Below, one piece after another: positions 1 through 11,991 of a stretch of 64,000 nt of DNA. Position numbers and translations under genes: made by a program. The notes under the pieces are model-generated. The model did not search any database. It was not told the DNA's origin and saw only the letters and a list, made by a program, of their open reading frames with translations. How positions within the stretch are numbered: position 1 is the stretch's first letter; every line of letters starts with the position of its first letter. Origin of the DNA: Ptychomitrium polyphyllum (Eukaryota). Location of the stretch: contig OZ316775.1 in NCBI GenBank assembly GCA_973851085.1, positions 10,540,001-10,604,000 on the forward strand. The letters run 5' to 3'.

Positions 1-1491
1 GTTGAGATGGAGTTCTGCTACTCTTCACCACAATTTCTGCATTCGACAACCCGTGCAAGAGTGAGGAAGCCGGATTTCCAACCCTACCTCGCATTCATCA
101 GGAAATTGAACGCTGTTAAATGACTCATCTTGTTGGCTTCCGGATCTCAATCTTGAAAGGATGAACCTCCTGGTCTGCTTCCTGATTAGGAATAATTGAG
201 CTTGATTTATTACAAACAGCATTCGGGAAATTGGTTCAGTCAGACTCAGAATCACTGCTATTCTGCACCAATTTTGAGCGCGTTTTTAGTGCGACCAGTT
301 CAAGGGCAGACAGTATGCATCATAACACGGCCACGGTCAGTCTCCGATTGTAAAGCATAGAATCTAATTTTGGCAGGATCGTTCTGAAACATTGAGACCC
401 AAGAAACGCTGCAATCGCTTGGTGGATCACTCGAAATCAACAAACGAGTCTCCCATGAATCCAAACAGTACTTCCCAGTAGATGACCACAATTAGGTGAA
501 CGAAATTCTGGAGAGAAAGAGGTTGGAGGCAAAGAGTCGTCGTCGTCGCTGGCAGTTACAGGAGATGGAGAGCTTGGGTCATCGGTAGCCATCACTGACC
601 AACGGATGGAACGGAGGCCCACAAAACAAAACGCTACCGTCTGCACGACGGTGATGCAGTGACAAAGCTATGCCGGCCGATGGACACCTCTTGTCCTCTG
701 ACCATGGTCGTGACATAATTCACGAAATTCAGTAGAAAGCTCGGTTGGGTTCCACCTCCCGATTCTTCACATACTTGGTTGTCAGACCTTAATCCCAAAC
801 TCTTTCGGTCATCATGGCTTTCAGACGAAATCCTATCTACCAGCTGCGAAAACTTCGTGAGGCACTTGGAATGAGACATCACCAGTGAATTAACCCTCCA
901 CGATTTCAACAGTATTCTCCAACGGTTCATTCATGCATTGACTTTTGATCCTCATAAACTTCTGTTCAACGTACCCCACTCCCGAACATATATTGAATGT
1001 AAACCAATTCCCGGACAGCGAAACTAAGGAGAAAGAAGCAGAAAATAGGGCGCGACAACCTCTATTTCCAATCCGATGATACGAAAATTGCGATTTACGC
1101 CGCTCAAGTCAAGCTGGAAGATCTGCAGATGCACTCCTGAATGACCTTCAGACGCAGTCCTTATTTTGTATTTAAAATGAATACGTGCAACATCTTCCTA
1201 CTAGAGTAGATAGCCAATCTCTGTCAGTGTTCCCTTGATTGAGGTGGATGGGCATGTTCCTAGTACTCTAGCCTATTAAAACAAGAATATCCTGGTCCCC
1301 CATCACTTGCATAGACTTTTGCTACAAATGAAATATGATCGGTTACTTGTACAACACCAATAAGTTACTAGGAGATCAACAACAATAAGTGCTATTTTTA
1401 TAAAGGCCTGACATTAGGCAAATATACAACTTTGAAAACTCAAGTGGATTTCAGGGTTTTCAGAGAAGACCGTAAGGATGGGAACCGCCAT

Positions 1492-2987
1492 TTAAGCTGC
1501 GGGAGCTCCAACGAGAATGAAACGCAACTGCGACCACTCGTGTGTTCGTATTGTTGTACTAGCTTGCTTTTGTGAAGGTGGAATGTATAGCCCGTGTCCT
1601 TCATTCTGATAAAAAGGAGCCTTATCTTCCTCAAAACGATTAGGTTCAAAAATGCCCACTCCCTGCATAAGCATAACAAAAGCTTCACCAGAACGAAAAC
1701 TTCAACCCACCTTTACGGGGAAGGTCCTTGGTATTGACGAACAGCAGTCTAACTTCTCCATTAGAATGACTCGTAATATATTTTAGAAGAAATTCATACA
1801 AGTGTCAAAAGAAGCAGCGAAGAACGGGGAGTTTTCTCAGATAACGCGGAACGAGAGAAACAAATAAGAGAAAGAAAGAGCTCACCTCAAGAATGTAAAT
1901 TACAATTCCAAAAGCGGGATCCAAAGGCAATGACAACTCCGAACCAGGCCGCATTTGCACATCAAGCATCACCTGCCAAGCAAAAAAAACGATCATCATC
2001 AACTGAATTATTTACCCAAAAGAACTTCGAAAGACAATCCTAGCGGATAGTGTCATAAGGAGTACCCACAAAGTCGTGGAGCGGTGGCTCAGCTGAGACA
2101 TTGCCAAAGCTGCCTGCGATCACTCTGACAACAGCAACGTTATCGACAGTAGTTGGTAAAATTAACGAAGCATCTCGAACATGATCAATGACGGGCAATA
2201 CAACGCTTCCGCCCGTCTTGACCACGCAAGACCCCCTTCTCTGCATCCCCTCACCACCGGAACTCCCTTCTTGATTCATGGAACGCATGTTCGACTTCAA
2301 GTAGAGGTGGACGCCATGTCGGGGTCGAAACCCCTCCACTTCACTCAACTCTTCCAGCTCCGAAGATGAGGAGGGCCCGTCGCAGTAATATATGACAGAC
2401 TCGAGCAAAATACTGGGGTCACGCAACTGGAGACCGGTCGAATTGGGAAACTCAAAAAACTCATCCAAGACGAGAAGCCGTCCGATACCTGCAAGCTGCA
2501 CCTCCTCCGTTAGCCTCGTCTTAGCCTCACATCCTTGTAAACCAATTATAAAGATGCACTCGTGCACACAAGAATCCCTCACGTCAGACACAAACATCAT
2601 CCCCTGTCGACACATTGCAAAAGTCGTCTCCATATCGGCCACCAAAGAGCTGAATCTCGGTCGCAACTCAAAAAGCAAGAACGAAGAAACACGCTGCATA
2701 CCATTCACATCAGCCTTGCCAGGACCCATCACGCGCACACAACCCGAGCCCTCCTCCACTCTCGAAGCTGTCAGAACCGACGTCCCAGCCCTCACCACAC
2801 CAATCCTGCTCCTCCTCTGCATTCTCGGTGCTCCATAGCTCAAACCACTGCTGCGAAAACTCATCTCTGCATTGTAGGCTCCAATTTGGGAGACAGAAGC
2901 AGAAGGTTTCAACCTTCTGGGAGTATCTGGAACTCTGGGCCACCCTGGGTAGAGCGAGTGGGCGGAAGTGAGATTGAGAGACGTCAT
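1492..2987 (-). CDS. Divergent pirin-like (bicupin) protein with putative plastid transit peptide, ~320 aa; exons 2987-2702, 2488-2070, 1972-1886, 1662-1492
   Basis: Splicing at GT-AG sites gives 963 nt in frame. Segments are collinear with pirin: LRDPSILLE (cf. LDPFLLLDEF), VVRVIAGSFG (cf. VRVIAGE), VMLDVQMRPGSELSLPLDPAFGIVIYILEG (cf. YLDFTLKPG..P...NAFVYILEG), LRFILVGAP (cf. LRFVLIGGQP). The N-terminus is S/R-rich. Family assignment is by eye. Confidence 0.6.
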
Positions 2988-4456
2988 GGAATCGAGAATC
3001 CGACAATCTGAGTGTGACAAGGGCGAGATTGTATTCTTAGGTTTTGGAAACGAGTGGCAGCTGATGAGCATCATGAGGTGCAAAACATAAGGCAAAACAG
3101 GGAGTTTTGGTGGGAACCGTGGGAACTGAGGAAGGGGAACTAGTGGGAGGGCCCGCTCAACCCCGGGGCTACAGTGTCGGCAGGGGCGTGGATTCCTCTT
3201 CATCTTCTCAGAGCTCTTTCCGCGTCAAGTTTTTTCGTCATGTGGCAATTGCTTTACCGTGCAGATTGAAGTATTCCACGTTTTGCGACTGTTGAGCCCC
3301 TGGAAATTTGTGGTGCCACGCGTGGGAGTTGACTCATTCAGCTCAGAAATCGGCGTCGGGAGAAATTCTGTACCGAGCCACAGAAAACGACGCTTCTCCG
3401 CTGCAAGTGTTTCGGGTGGTGGGTGGGGTAGGTGCATGTATTGTGTGTGCGGGTGGAGCTTTAGTTGGCATTCTGCTTAAGCGAGTCGATCTCGTGGTTA
3501 TCTTGGATGGTTGTGTTGAAGTTTAGACGACCTTACTGAGATTGCATCTTTGTTGAAACAGAGCGGGATAGTAGGCCTTTGAGGTCGGGGCTTTTGAGAG
3601 CACAATAGGAGCGGGATTTGAGAGCGAAAATACTATGATCTACGTTGTGCAGTGCGCGATAGAGTTGTAATGACGGCCGGGAGGTCTCCTCTTTGGGATG
3701 ACCGGTACGTAACACCGAATCTCAGAGAACAGGGTAGGATCATTGTTTTCGACATAGCTGTTTACTCTTACTTGAATTCGAACTTTTGAAGCTCGTTAGG
3801 GTATGCTGTAGCAGATTCAGAATTTAGCCCCGTGACGTGTAGCGGATCAGTTGTGTTTGTCCTCGAGGAAAGCGCAAGTGACGATTCTCGCAGCGAGCCG
3901 GTTGCCGTCCATGCCGAGACCAAACTGGAGCTCCGATTTTGAGGTCATTGAAGCTGGACTTATTAGACGAGTCTCTTTGTCACACTGCCCTCGGATTAGG
4001 TCAAGCATGGCGAGGTTTTCTATCGCAGATTTGAAATTCAGTGCATGAGGGGTTATGAGTGCCAGGTTCGAATTCTACTCATGTTTGACTTGTAGCAGTA
4101 ATCCTAGCAACATTATAGGTGAATCTGTCGAAGTATGATGTAGCGCTAAAGTACGAGGAGTATAATGCAGGTTTGTAGGTTTCTTCACCTAAAATTCGTT
4201 ATGCACGACAATTGCATATCATAGTTAGGTTCTAAGTGATTACAAGGTTGGTCAATAGGTCAGAACGTTTGAATAGTTGCACCGCAGCAACCCTCATCGC
4301 ACTTTTTGGGTTCCTTTGCTCTTGCCCGTTGTCGTCATAGATGCACGAAGTAACCCAAATCGAGGAACTTCTATGGCGAGCGGATGCAAGGGCAAGCATT
4401 TCTAGCTGGAGCAGGGAAATGTGAAGCTGAGAGCGATTGTGCTCGGATAAGGAAGG

Positions 4457-7400
4457 ATGAAGGATGGCATGGGCACGGACACCGCAACGGCGCAGGCGCC
4501 ATTCGCCGAGGTGCTGGCAAGGCTACCGAAAGCAATGGAGCGCGTCGAGCAAGCAACCAAATCCGTTTTCATAGCAAAAGACAGCTTCAGTGAGCTCTCC
4601 AGATACCTCGAAACCATTCGATCAGTTCTGGCGCAGCTCGCTTTCTCAACCAACACAATAACCGACCCGTCCCAGATGCAAGTCGCCCTGAGGCACTTAG
4701 AGGAAGAGCTCGCCAAGGCACAACATCTCACCACCAGATGCAGCACCAAGACCCATAAGTTCTACCTCATCCTCAAATCCCAGCAGCTTCTCAAGGAACT
4801 TGAGGGCATCACTCGCGACATAGGCCACTGCTTAGACTCCATCCCGGCAGCCAACCTAGACCAATCTTCACAAGACACCATGACCCAGCTCTCATGCGAG
4901 ATGCGGAAGGCCCAGCTGAAACCTGCAGTCGCCGAAGATGCCATTGTCGATGAAATCAACGACGGCATCCGCAACCGCCAGATGAACTCAGAGTACGCCA
5001 ACGAGCTCCTCTTGCAGCTCGCGCGAGCAGCCGGCGTGCCGACTGATCCAACCTCTTTGAAATCCGAGCTGGAGAATCTGAAGCGGGATAAAGAAGTTTC
5101 TCGGGAACAGACAAATCAGGAAGAGTTTCGGCATCTGGAGCAGATTATTGCGCTTCTGAGTCGAGCTGATGCTGCGACTTCAGCGAGTGAGAAGGATGTA
5201 AACTATCAGAAGAAGCGAGGGTCAGGCGGGCGGGGTGGGCATCCGCTGCCGCCGCTGCAATCGTTCTACTGTCCGATCACGCATGAGATTATGGAGGAAC
5301 CGGTGGAGATTGCGTCGGGGCAGACGTATGAAAGGACTGCGATAGGGAAGTGGTTCTCGGCGGGGAACTCGAACTGCCCCACCACGAAAGTGGAACTTGA
5401 GAATTTGCAGATGAAGCTGAACCTGGCGTTGCGGCAGTCAATACAGGAGTGGAAGGAGCGGAACATCGCGATCAGTATTGCTGCAACGAAAGGGAAGTTG
5501 GAGAGTGGTGAGGAGGCTGAGATTTGTGGGGCGTTGAGGACTTTGTTGGCATTGAGTGAGGAGAAGGGAATCCACCGGTATTGGATTGCATTGGAGGGGC
5601 TGATTCCGTCTTTGGTGTCGCTGCTGAATTCGCCTCAGAGGACTGTGCGGAAGGAGACTTTAGAGGTGCTTCGGAGCTTGTCTGTTGACAATACCGAAAA
5701 CAAGGTATTTGAAACATGTAGGGTTGGTGAAATCTCCTTTATTTTATGTTGTTGCAATGGATTGCTTCTCTAAGAATACTTTGTGAAGATTAATTTTTAG
5801 AATTTTGGTTTTTCTGATGTTGGTCTTATTGAGGAAATCAGAAACAGATTGCAGGAGCTGGTGCAATCAAGTTGGTGGTGAAATCTCTGGCTAGGGATGT
5901 GGGAGAAGGGCGGCAAGCGGTAGCGCTTCTCCGAGAGCTGTCTAAAGATGCGGAGATATGTGAAAAGATTGGGAAGGTGCAGGGATGTATTTTGCTGCTT
6001 GTTACGATGTTGAATGCGGAGAACCCCCATGCCGTAGTTGATGCCAGGGAGCTGCTTTTTGATCTTGCACACAATGACCAGAATGTTGTACAAATGGGTG
6101 AAGCAAATTACTTTGGTCCTCTTACTAAACGTCTTAATGATGGTGAGCTTCTCGTGATCTCTTTATGGACGATCTCTTCATTTGTTTCATTGTCTTTCTA
6201 TCATTTCTCTATTTTCACTCAGCTGCTACCAGTTGTTTTGACTTGTTAACATATGATTTGCAGGTCCAGATATGACGAAAATACTAATGGCAAGTGCATT
6301 GTCACGCATGGGGCTTACGGATCAAAGTAAAGCAGCCCTGGCTGCTCAAGGGGCCATACCACCGCTCGTGAAGATGATATCGGTTGGCAAACTTGAAGCG
6401 AAAACGGCAGCTTTAGGAGCCTTGAAGAACCTATCGACGTTGCCTGAAAACCGGGAATCCATGATTGAAGCTGGAGTGATTCCCCCACTTCTGCAGCTGT
6501 TATTCTCGGTCACCTCCGTCATGATGAGCTTGAAAGAAAACGCAGCAGCCACGCTTGCCAACCTAGCCATGGCAAGCACTACATCAGAGATCAAGATTGA
6601 TCACCACGGCAACATTCTGGAATCAGATGAAACCATGTTCCAGCTATTGTCGTTACTCAACCTTGCAGGGCCAGTTATTCAAGGCCACTTACTCCGTGCT
6701 CTTCTTGGCATGTCCAGCATCCCAAATGCTCGTGAGGTGCGAACCAAAATGCGAGAAGGTGGTGCTATCCAGCTCCTTCTTCCATTCTGTGAAGCCCCCT
6801 TGGACGACGTCCGCATTCATGCCCTTAAGCTCTTGAAGTGCTTGTCATGTGAGGGTGCTGGCAAAGATCTTGCTGACCATTTAGGCCCTACCTACATCAA
6901 GGCTCTTGTGAATCTGCTCGTGGACTCTAGTGGAGACGAAGAAAAGATGGCAGCTGTGGGGATCATCAGCAATCTACCCACCAGTAGCACCTACATGACA
7001 GACATCCTCCTGCAAGCTGATGCATTACCAGCGATTGTGAACCTGCTACTTCCTGCGAGAGGTGCCAAGAGCGGCACTCGCGCTGTGCGCAACGCACTCC
7101 AAGAGAGTGCTGCTGGTGCTCTCTTACGCTTCACTTCTCTTGAGAATGCCAATCCTACAGAGCTCCAACAGAAGACTGCTGAGCTTGATGCTATTTCCCG
7201 TCTAGTGCAGCTCTTGCAAACTGGGACACCACTGGCGAAGTGCAGGGCTGCTACTGCTCTGGGTCACTTTTCTATGAGCAGTGAGAGACTAGCTTCCAAA
7301 GACAGCGTCCCCCAGTCGTGCTTCTTCTGGTGCAAACCTGCTGCGCCAGCAGGGTGTAGCGTTCATGGAGGGCCGTGCACAGTGAAGTCGACCTTTTGCC

Positions 7401-7783
7401 TGGTGATTGCGAATGCAGTAGGACCTCTAGTGCAAGCGCTGGAAGAGCAAGAGGACGGAGCTGATGACGCTGCCCTGACTGCCCTCAGTACATTGCTGGA
7501 CAACGATTCAACTCTGGAGAATGGAGTGAAGGTAATTGCACAAGCACAAGGTATTCGTCTCATTGTTAGGTTGCTGACAGTCGGCAGTGTGGGTGCCAAG
7601 GAGAAGGCGGTGAGGATGCTGGAAAAGATTTTCCGTATTGAGGAGTACAAAGTTGAGTTCGGAAGCACAGCACAGATGCCGCTTATTGACTTGACACAAA
7701 AGGGCTCCATTGCCACTCGCCCACTAGCGGCTAAGATCCTGGCTCACTTGAATATTCTCCACAATCAATCGACGTATTTCTGA
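4457..7783 (+). CDS. Plant U-box/ARM-repeat E3 ubiquitin ligase, SAUL1/PUB43/PUB44-type, ~1022 aa; exons 4457-5704, 5842-6142, 6264-7783
   Basis: U-box motif PLQSFYCPITHEIMEEPVEIASGQTYERTAI..WF..GN..CPTT, N-terminal helical UND-like region, many ARM repeats, and C-terminal CSVHGGPC...FCL typical of the SAUL1 clade. Splice phases are consistent (3069 nt). Confidence 0.92.
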
Positions 7784-8891
7784 CAAAGTTATTACAGCTA
7801 CTAATCAGGTTTTAGTTATGGAGTGAAACAAATCACTATTGCCCCTCTAATGGGTTAGTTGTTGTGTACTGATCCCATGTATTTTTCCTCCCACATGTGC
7901 AATATCCCGCATTCTTTTGTGCTCGTTTTGAATAAAGGGCCAACTGTTACAATATTGTCGAGTGGTTCTTCTTCTTGCCTTCTTTGAGCCTGCGGCATTC
8001 ACAGAAACTGAACATCAGTCTCTATGGGAGGCACAACCTGGTCTATTATGTCTATCTCAATGACAAGGCTGTTTCCTTCATCTAGTAAAGATGGTTGATG
8101 AAAATCATGAGTTAAGTAGGAACTGTATTGAAGTCAACAAGCAAGTTCAGATTGCAGGAATGGTGGAATCAATCAAATAACATATTAGAGTGAATCTCAT
8201 TCATAACACATGTCAGATGATATTAGTGGAGAAGGATCACCCAACCCATGTTTTTTCTCATCTGTACAGTACAGTGCAGGACTATTTTTCCAGTACAGGT
8301 CCGTTATTCCTAAAAATGTCACACTTCAGGAACACTATATATGGCTAAAATGCCTTGTTTTTCAAATAAAAGCTTTGTAACATTTAGTGTCGGTGGTTTG
8401 GCAGTTTACATTTGATATAATAGTATGTTATTTAAAATTAGTGACATTGAATACTATTATTGTTTAGTAGAAAGAGTGGCATTAACCACTAAGGACAATC
8501 ACCAAATAATGTCCGATTTGACCAATATCTTTTTTCTTATTTTTGATGAAATTAGACATTTTTTTGTTTGTTTTGTTTGTTTTGTTTGTTTTGTACAAGA
8601 CTAATAATTTTGAAGAAATTAGACATGTTTTGTTAGTTGTATCTAGGTTTTTTTTTATAAATAAATATGATTTAAAACTTGTCCCTAAAAGATGTCTTAG
8701 AAGGATGGATGAATTAGTTCCATTGTCCATAGCAAACATCTTTGTGTAAATTAAAAAATACTTGTTTATAGGTTTCTTCTACATTTTATTCAAATACTTC
8801 AAACAATTAGATTGTAGAAGAAATTATAATAAAGACATCTCTAATGGCTTGACAATAGATGCAAGTAAAACTAGGGTACAAGTAAAGCTCA

Positions 8892-9220
8892 TGTCATGAA
8901 CAAAAATCATACAACATAATCTTTAAATACCTTCCGATAACTTTGAGAACCTTCTATAGCCTTTTGTCTTCTACAATAATTTCTTAAGAAAAATTCATAA
9001 ACATCTAGATCATTTTATAGCTTTATAAGAAGCTTCTTTTAAGTATCTTAGGAAGTATAGGCTTCTTGATATAAATAAAAGGCAAATAGAACTACACTTT
9101 GGTCTTTCCAATATGAGTTGGGGAATATATCTATAGTGGTGCTTGTTTTTTATTCTTGCATCAATTCTCTAGTAGGTCCTTGAAGGTTAATTCTTGAAAC
9201 CACTTTTTATGTTTTTAACA
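8892..9220 (+). mobile_element. Degenerate solo LTR of an LTR retrotransposon
   Basis: Begins TGTCA and ends TAACA, has TATAAATA at ~9070, and aligns by eye with the reverse complement of 9684-10068. No clear target-site duplication. Confidence 0.6.
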
Positions 9221-9683
9221 TTGAGCCGCCATTTATTTCATAACCAAAAGTAGTAAGCTTGAGGTTTGAGCTTGGTGTAAAGATGGACAATTGATTTTAA
9301 TGCCAAAAATTGTTAGAGGTAATAAATGATGGAATTTACATGACACCTCATCTATAAATCTATTGATCACTTCTTCTCTAACTTCCTAGACTTCTTTGGT
9401 TGCCAAAACATCACCATAGCAATCTTCTTCAATTATATGCCATTGAAATTTTAGCTATTTGGCAAGGCTTTATCATCAACTATAGAAGGTACTTATCAAT
9501 ATGTTTGTTATGTATTTTTATTTGGTTTTTTTTATTACAAATTTGATAATGGTTATAATATTTAATATGTTGTGTACAACAATCTTTGATAAAACAATAT
9601 TTTTGTGCAACACAAGCTTATACTGTAGCTCTTAAGATTCTACTAAGACATTAGCATGGTAAAAGTGTGAGGGATGTAATAGG

Positions 9684-10068
9684 TGTTAGGGGTACAAGAA
9701 ACAAGAAGCAAACACAAAGTAGTTCCCAAGAATTAGCTTCAAAAAAACTAATGGTTAACAAGAATTGATACAAAGATTAGAACAAGAGCACAATACAATA
9801 TGATCCACAACTTCTGTTGGCAAAACTAAGATGTACCTTGTTTTACCTCCTATTTATACTAGGACACTTGTATATCCTATGATACTTCTAAAGAAACTTC
9901 TTATAAAGCTCAAGAATGTTCTAGAGGTCTATGGAGCCTTCCTAAGAAGTTTTCTAAGGATTGTAATGGCTATGGAAGCATTCAAAATATTCCAAGAAGC
10001 TACTATAATGTAATAAAAGGTTCTTGAAGATTCTAAAGACTTCATTTGTATGATCTATATATGTGACA
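9684..10068 (-). mobile_element. Degenerate solo LTR, same family as 8892-9220, opposite orientation
   Basis: The minus strand reads TGTCACAT...CCTAACA with TATAAATA (tatttata at 9851 on +). It shares the core agctttataagaag.ttcttt..aagtatc.tagga...tataaata..agg.aaa with the 8892 copy. Confidence 0.65.
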
Positions 10069-11580
10069 AGAAGGAGTGAGGATATAATGCATTATTAAAG
10101 TAAATCAACAAAGAATATGGAGGCAATTGCAAATTATTTAGATTTGCTTCTATAAATTATGATTTTAACAATCTTAGTCCTTCTTAATCCAAGAGAAAAC
10201 TAATATGGAGGATGTTGCAAAAGAAGCTATATTTAAAAAATATTATACCATTGGCATTACAAAGATTAATTTTTGATTATGCCTTATGCCTTTCTATTTA
10301 ATTTCTTCCACACACGACGGCAACATAAATAATTCCTTTGATTTCAAATTTCTTTCAATATAATTGTCCAAATTATGTTGCATTGATTCAACATCATTAT
10401 TTTCATCAAATCTATTCTTTACACCTATTATTCAATAAAATAATGCAAAGTCCAAAATCTTCAACAACATTGTTATAGATTCTCCTAATACTTACTTTTT
10501 TATCAGTCACAACTACACTCTTTTCTTTACTATAACATGCAAAGTTTTAGGTTGACATAACAATTCATTCTATCTTTTGAATAAGTAATAAATAACCTTG
10601 TAGCTTCTACAAAAAATAATTTACATTAGAAACTAAAGTAAATAATCTCAAATTAAAAAAAATAATGTCTTCCAAAAGTTAAAGAAATCAAAAATTTAAT
10701 AATATAATAATAGTTTTTTGAATCTCCTTTCCTTCAAACTTGATATTTGATATTTAATATTCATTGATATACAAAAATGACCTATAATTACTTCTATAAT
10801 TTGAAAGATATTAAATTTTTGCATTAAATATCATTTGCTTGTTGAATTTTAAATCAGTAAGTATCAATGTCCATATCCTTCATGTAACTAGTATACAGTA
10901 AGATTTCAGAACTATCGTTCTCCAAAATAGATTTTAAACATTAAGAATGTCACTTCAATTTTTTAGTAATTTTTTTATAAAATCAGCTAATGCGTTTTCA
11001 AGCAGCATGTGCGACATGATTCTTTGTTAGAAATCATTCCATCGTCATTCGTCATCTTCAAGAACCAAGTATTTCTTTAAGACTTCCTTCAAGAATGTTC
11101 CAAGCAAGAACACTTCTGTGAATTCCACAACTCCATTCTCTTCCTCAGAGCCAGAAGGATCGATTCAGTGGGAACTCAGACGGACAAACCCAATTCTCCA
11201 AGAATGCTCGGATTCTAGCATGGCACCTCCAATAAAAATTGTTGAACTTATGTGTACAAATTCTGAAAGATCCAATGGAACATAGGACTTGGCACATCAC
11301 CTCTTCGGTGGTAAGTTACTGGGCGTAGAACCGAGCCCCCTCGGAATTATGGTTCCATTCCCTGCAACCGTGGTCCGAGGTCTAACGCCTAATTGACCTC
11401 CACGCTGCAGGTGTCGCCTTCGCTATGGCCTTGGCTAGCGCAGGGCCACATCGACAGTCCAAATGGGCTCATCGCAGCGACCCTAGATCCGACCTCGCTC
11501 GCATCCCACCTGGTCACGCCTTCGGCTTCCATGTGGCGCCCTAAAAACCCAACTTTTCAGGATTCAGACTCTTTCGTTTT

Positions 11581-11790
11581 GTCCACGTCAGAAGTCGCTT
11601 GACAATACTGACCGACATATTGATCGTAAAACAACATGCAGGGTATTACTTACTAAAGTTAACTTAAATAATAACTAACTTTTGAAATAGGCCCTTGACT
11701 CACCATGAAGCTTGCAGAAGCCGGGTGCACGACACGTGACACTCTTATGCCGTGGCAATGCCCATTCCCAGGAATTTGGGCATGCATATG
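11581..11790 (+). promoter_or_regulatory. Putative ABA/ABI3-type elements upstream of the LEA gene: G-box/ABRE CACGTG (11733), ACGT core (~11585), RY CATGCA (11635, 11781)
   Basis: The motifs lie 200-400 bp upstream of the LEA ATG. The ABRE+RY combination is the established architecture of LEA promoters. The motifs are short, so chance occurrence is possible. Confidence 0.45.
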
Positions 11791-11991
11791 TCTATCGAGC
11801 ATTTAAGTAACTGTGAGCGCCGGATTGTTCATTTCTGTGTTATGTAGAATGCGTAAGTTATTCCACTGAGGTCTGGTGCTGATCAGCGAGTTGTCTGAGG
11901 CAGCTCGGATTTGAGGATTCATGAAGTGAGTTGCCAACAGCAGATTAGGTGAAGAGAGTGGAGGGAGTGAAGAGCAGGCATTGAGGAAGCG

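Noticed and set aside
1..960. Overlapping short minus-strand ORFs (634-930, 437-646, 300-491, 25-255) with coding-like composition
   Set aside because: All frames are interrupted and I recognise no domain or consistent splice pattern. It could belong to a gene or pseudogene extending outside the window, but I cannot support a call.
4040..4085. GGTTCGAATTC resembling a tRNA T-loop/B-box
   Set aside because: No cloverleaf stems or A-box can be built around it.
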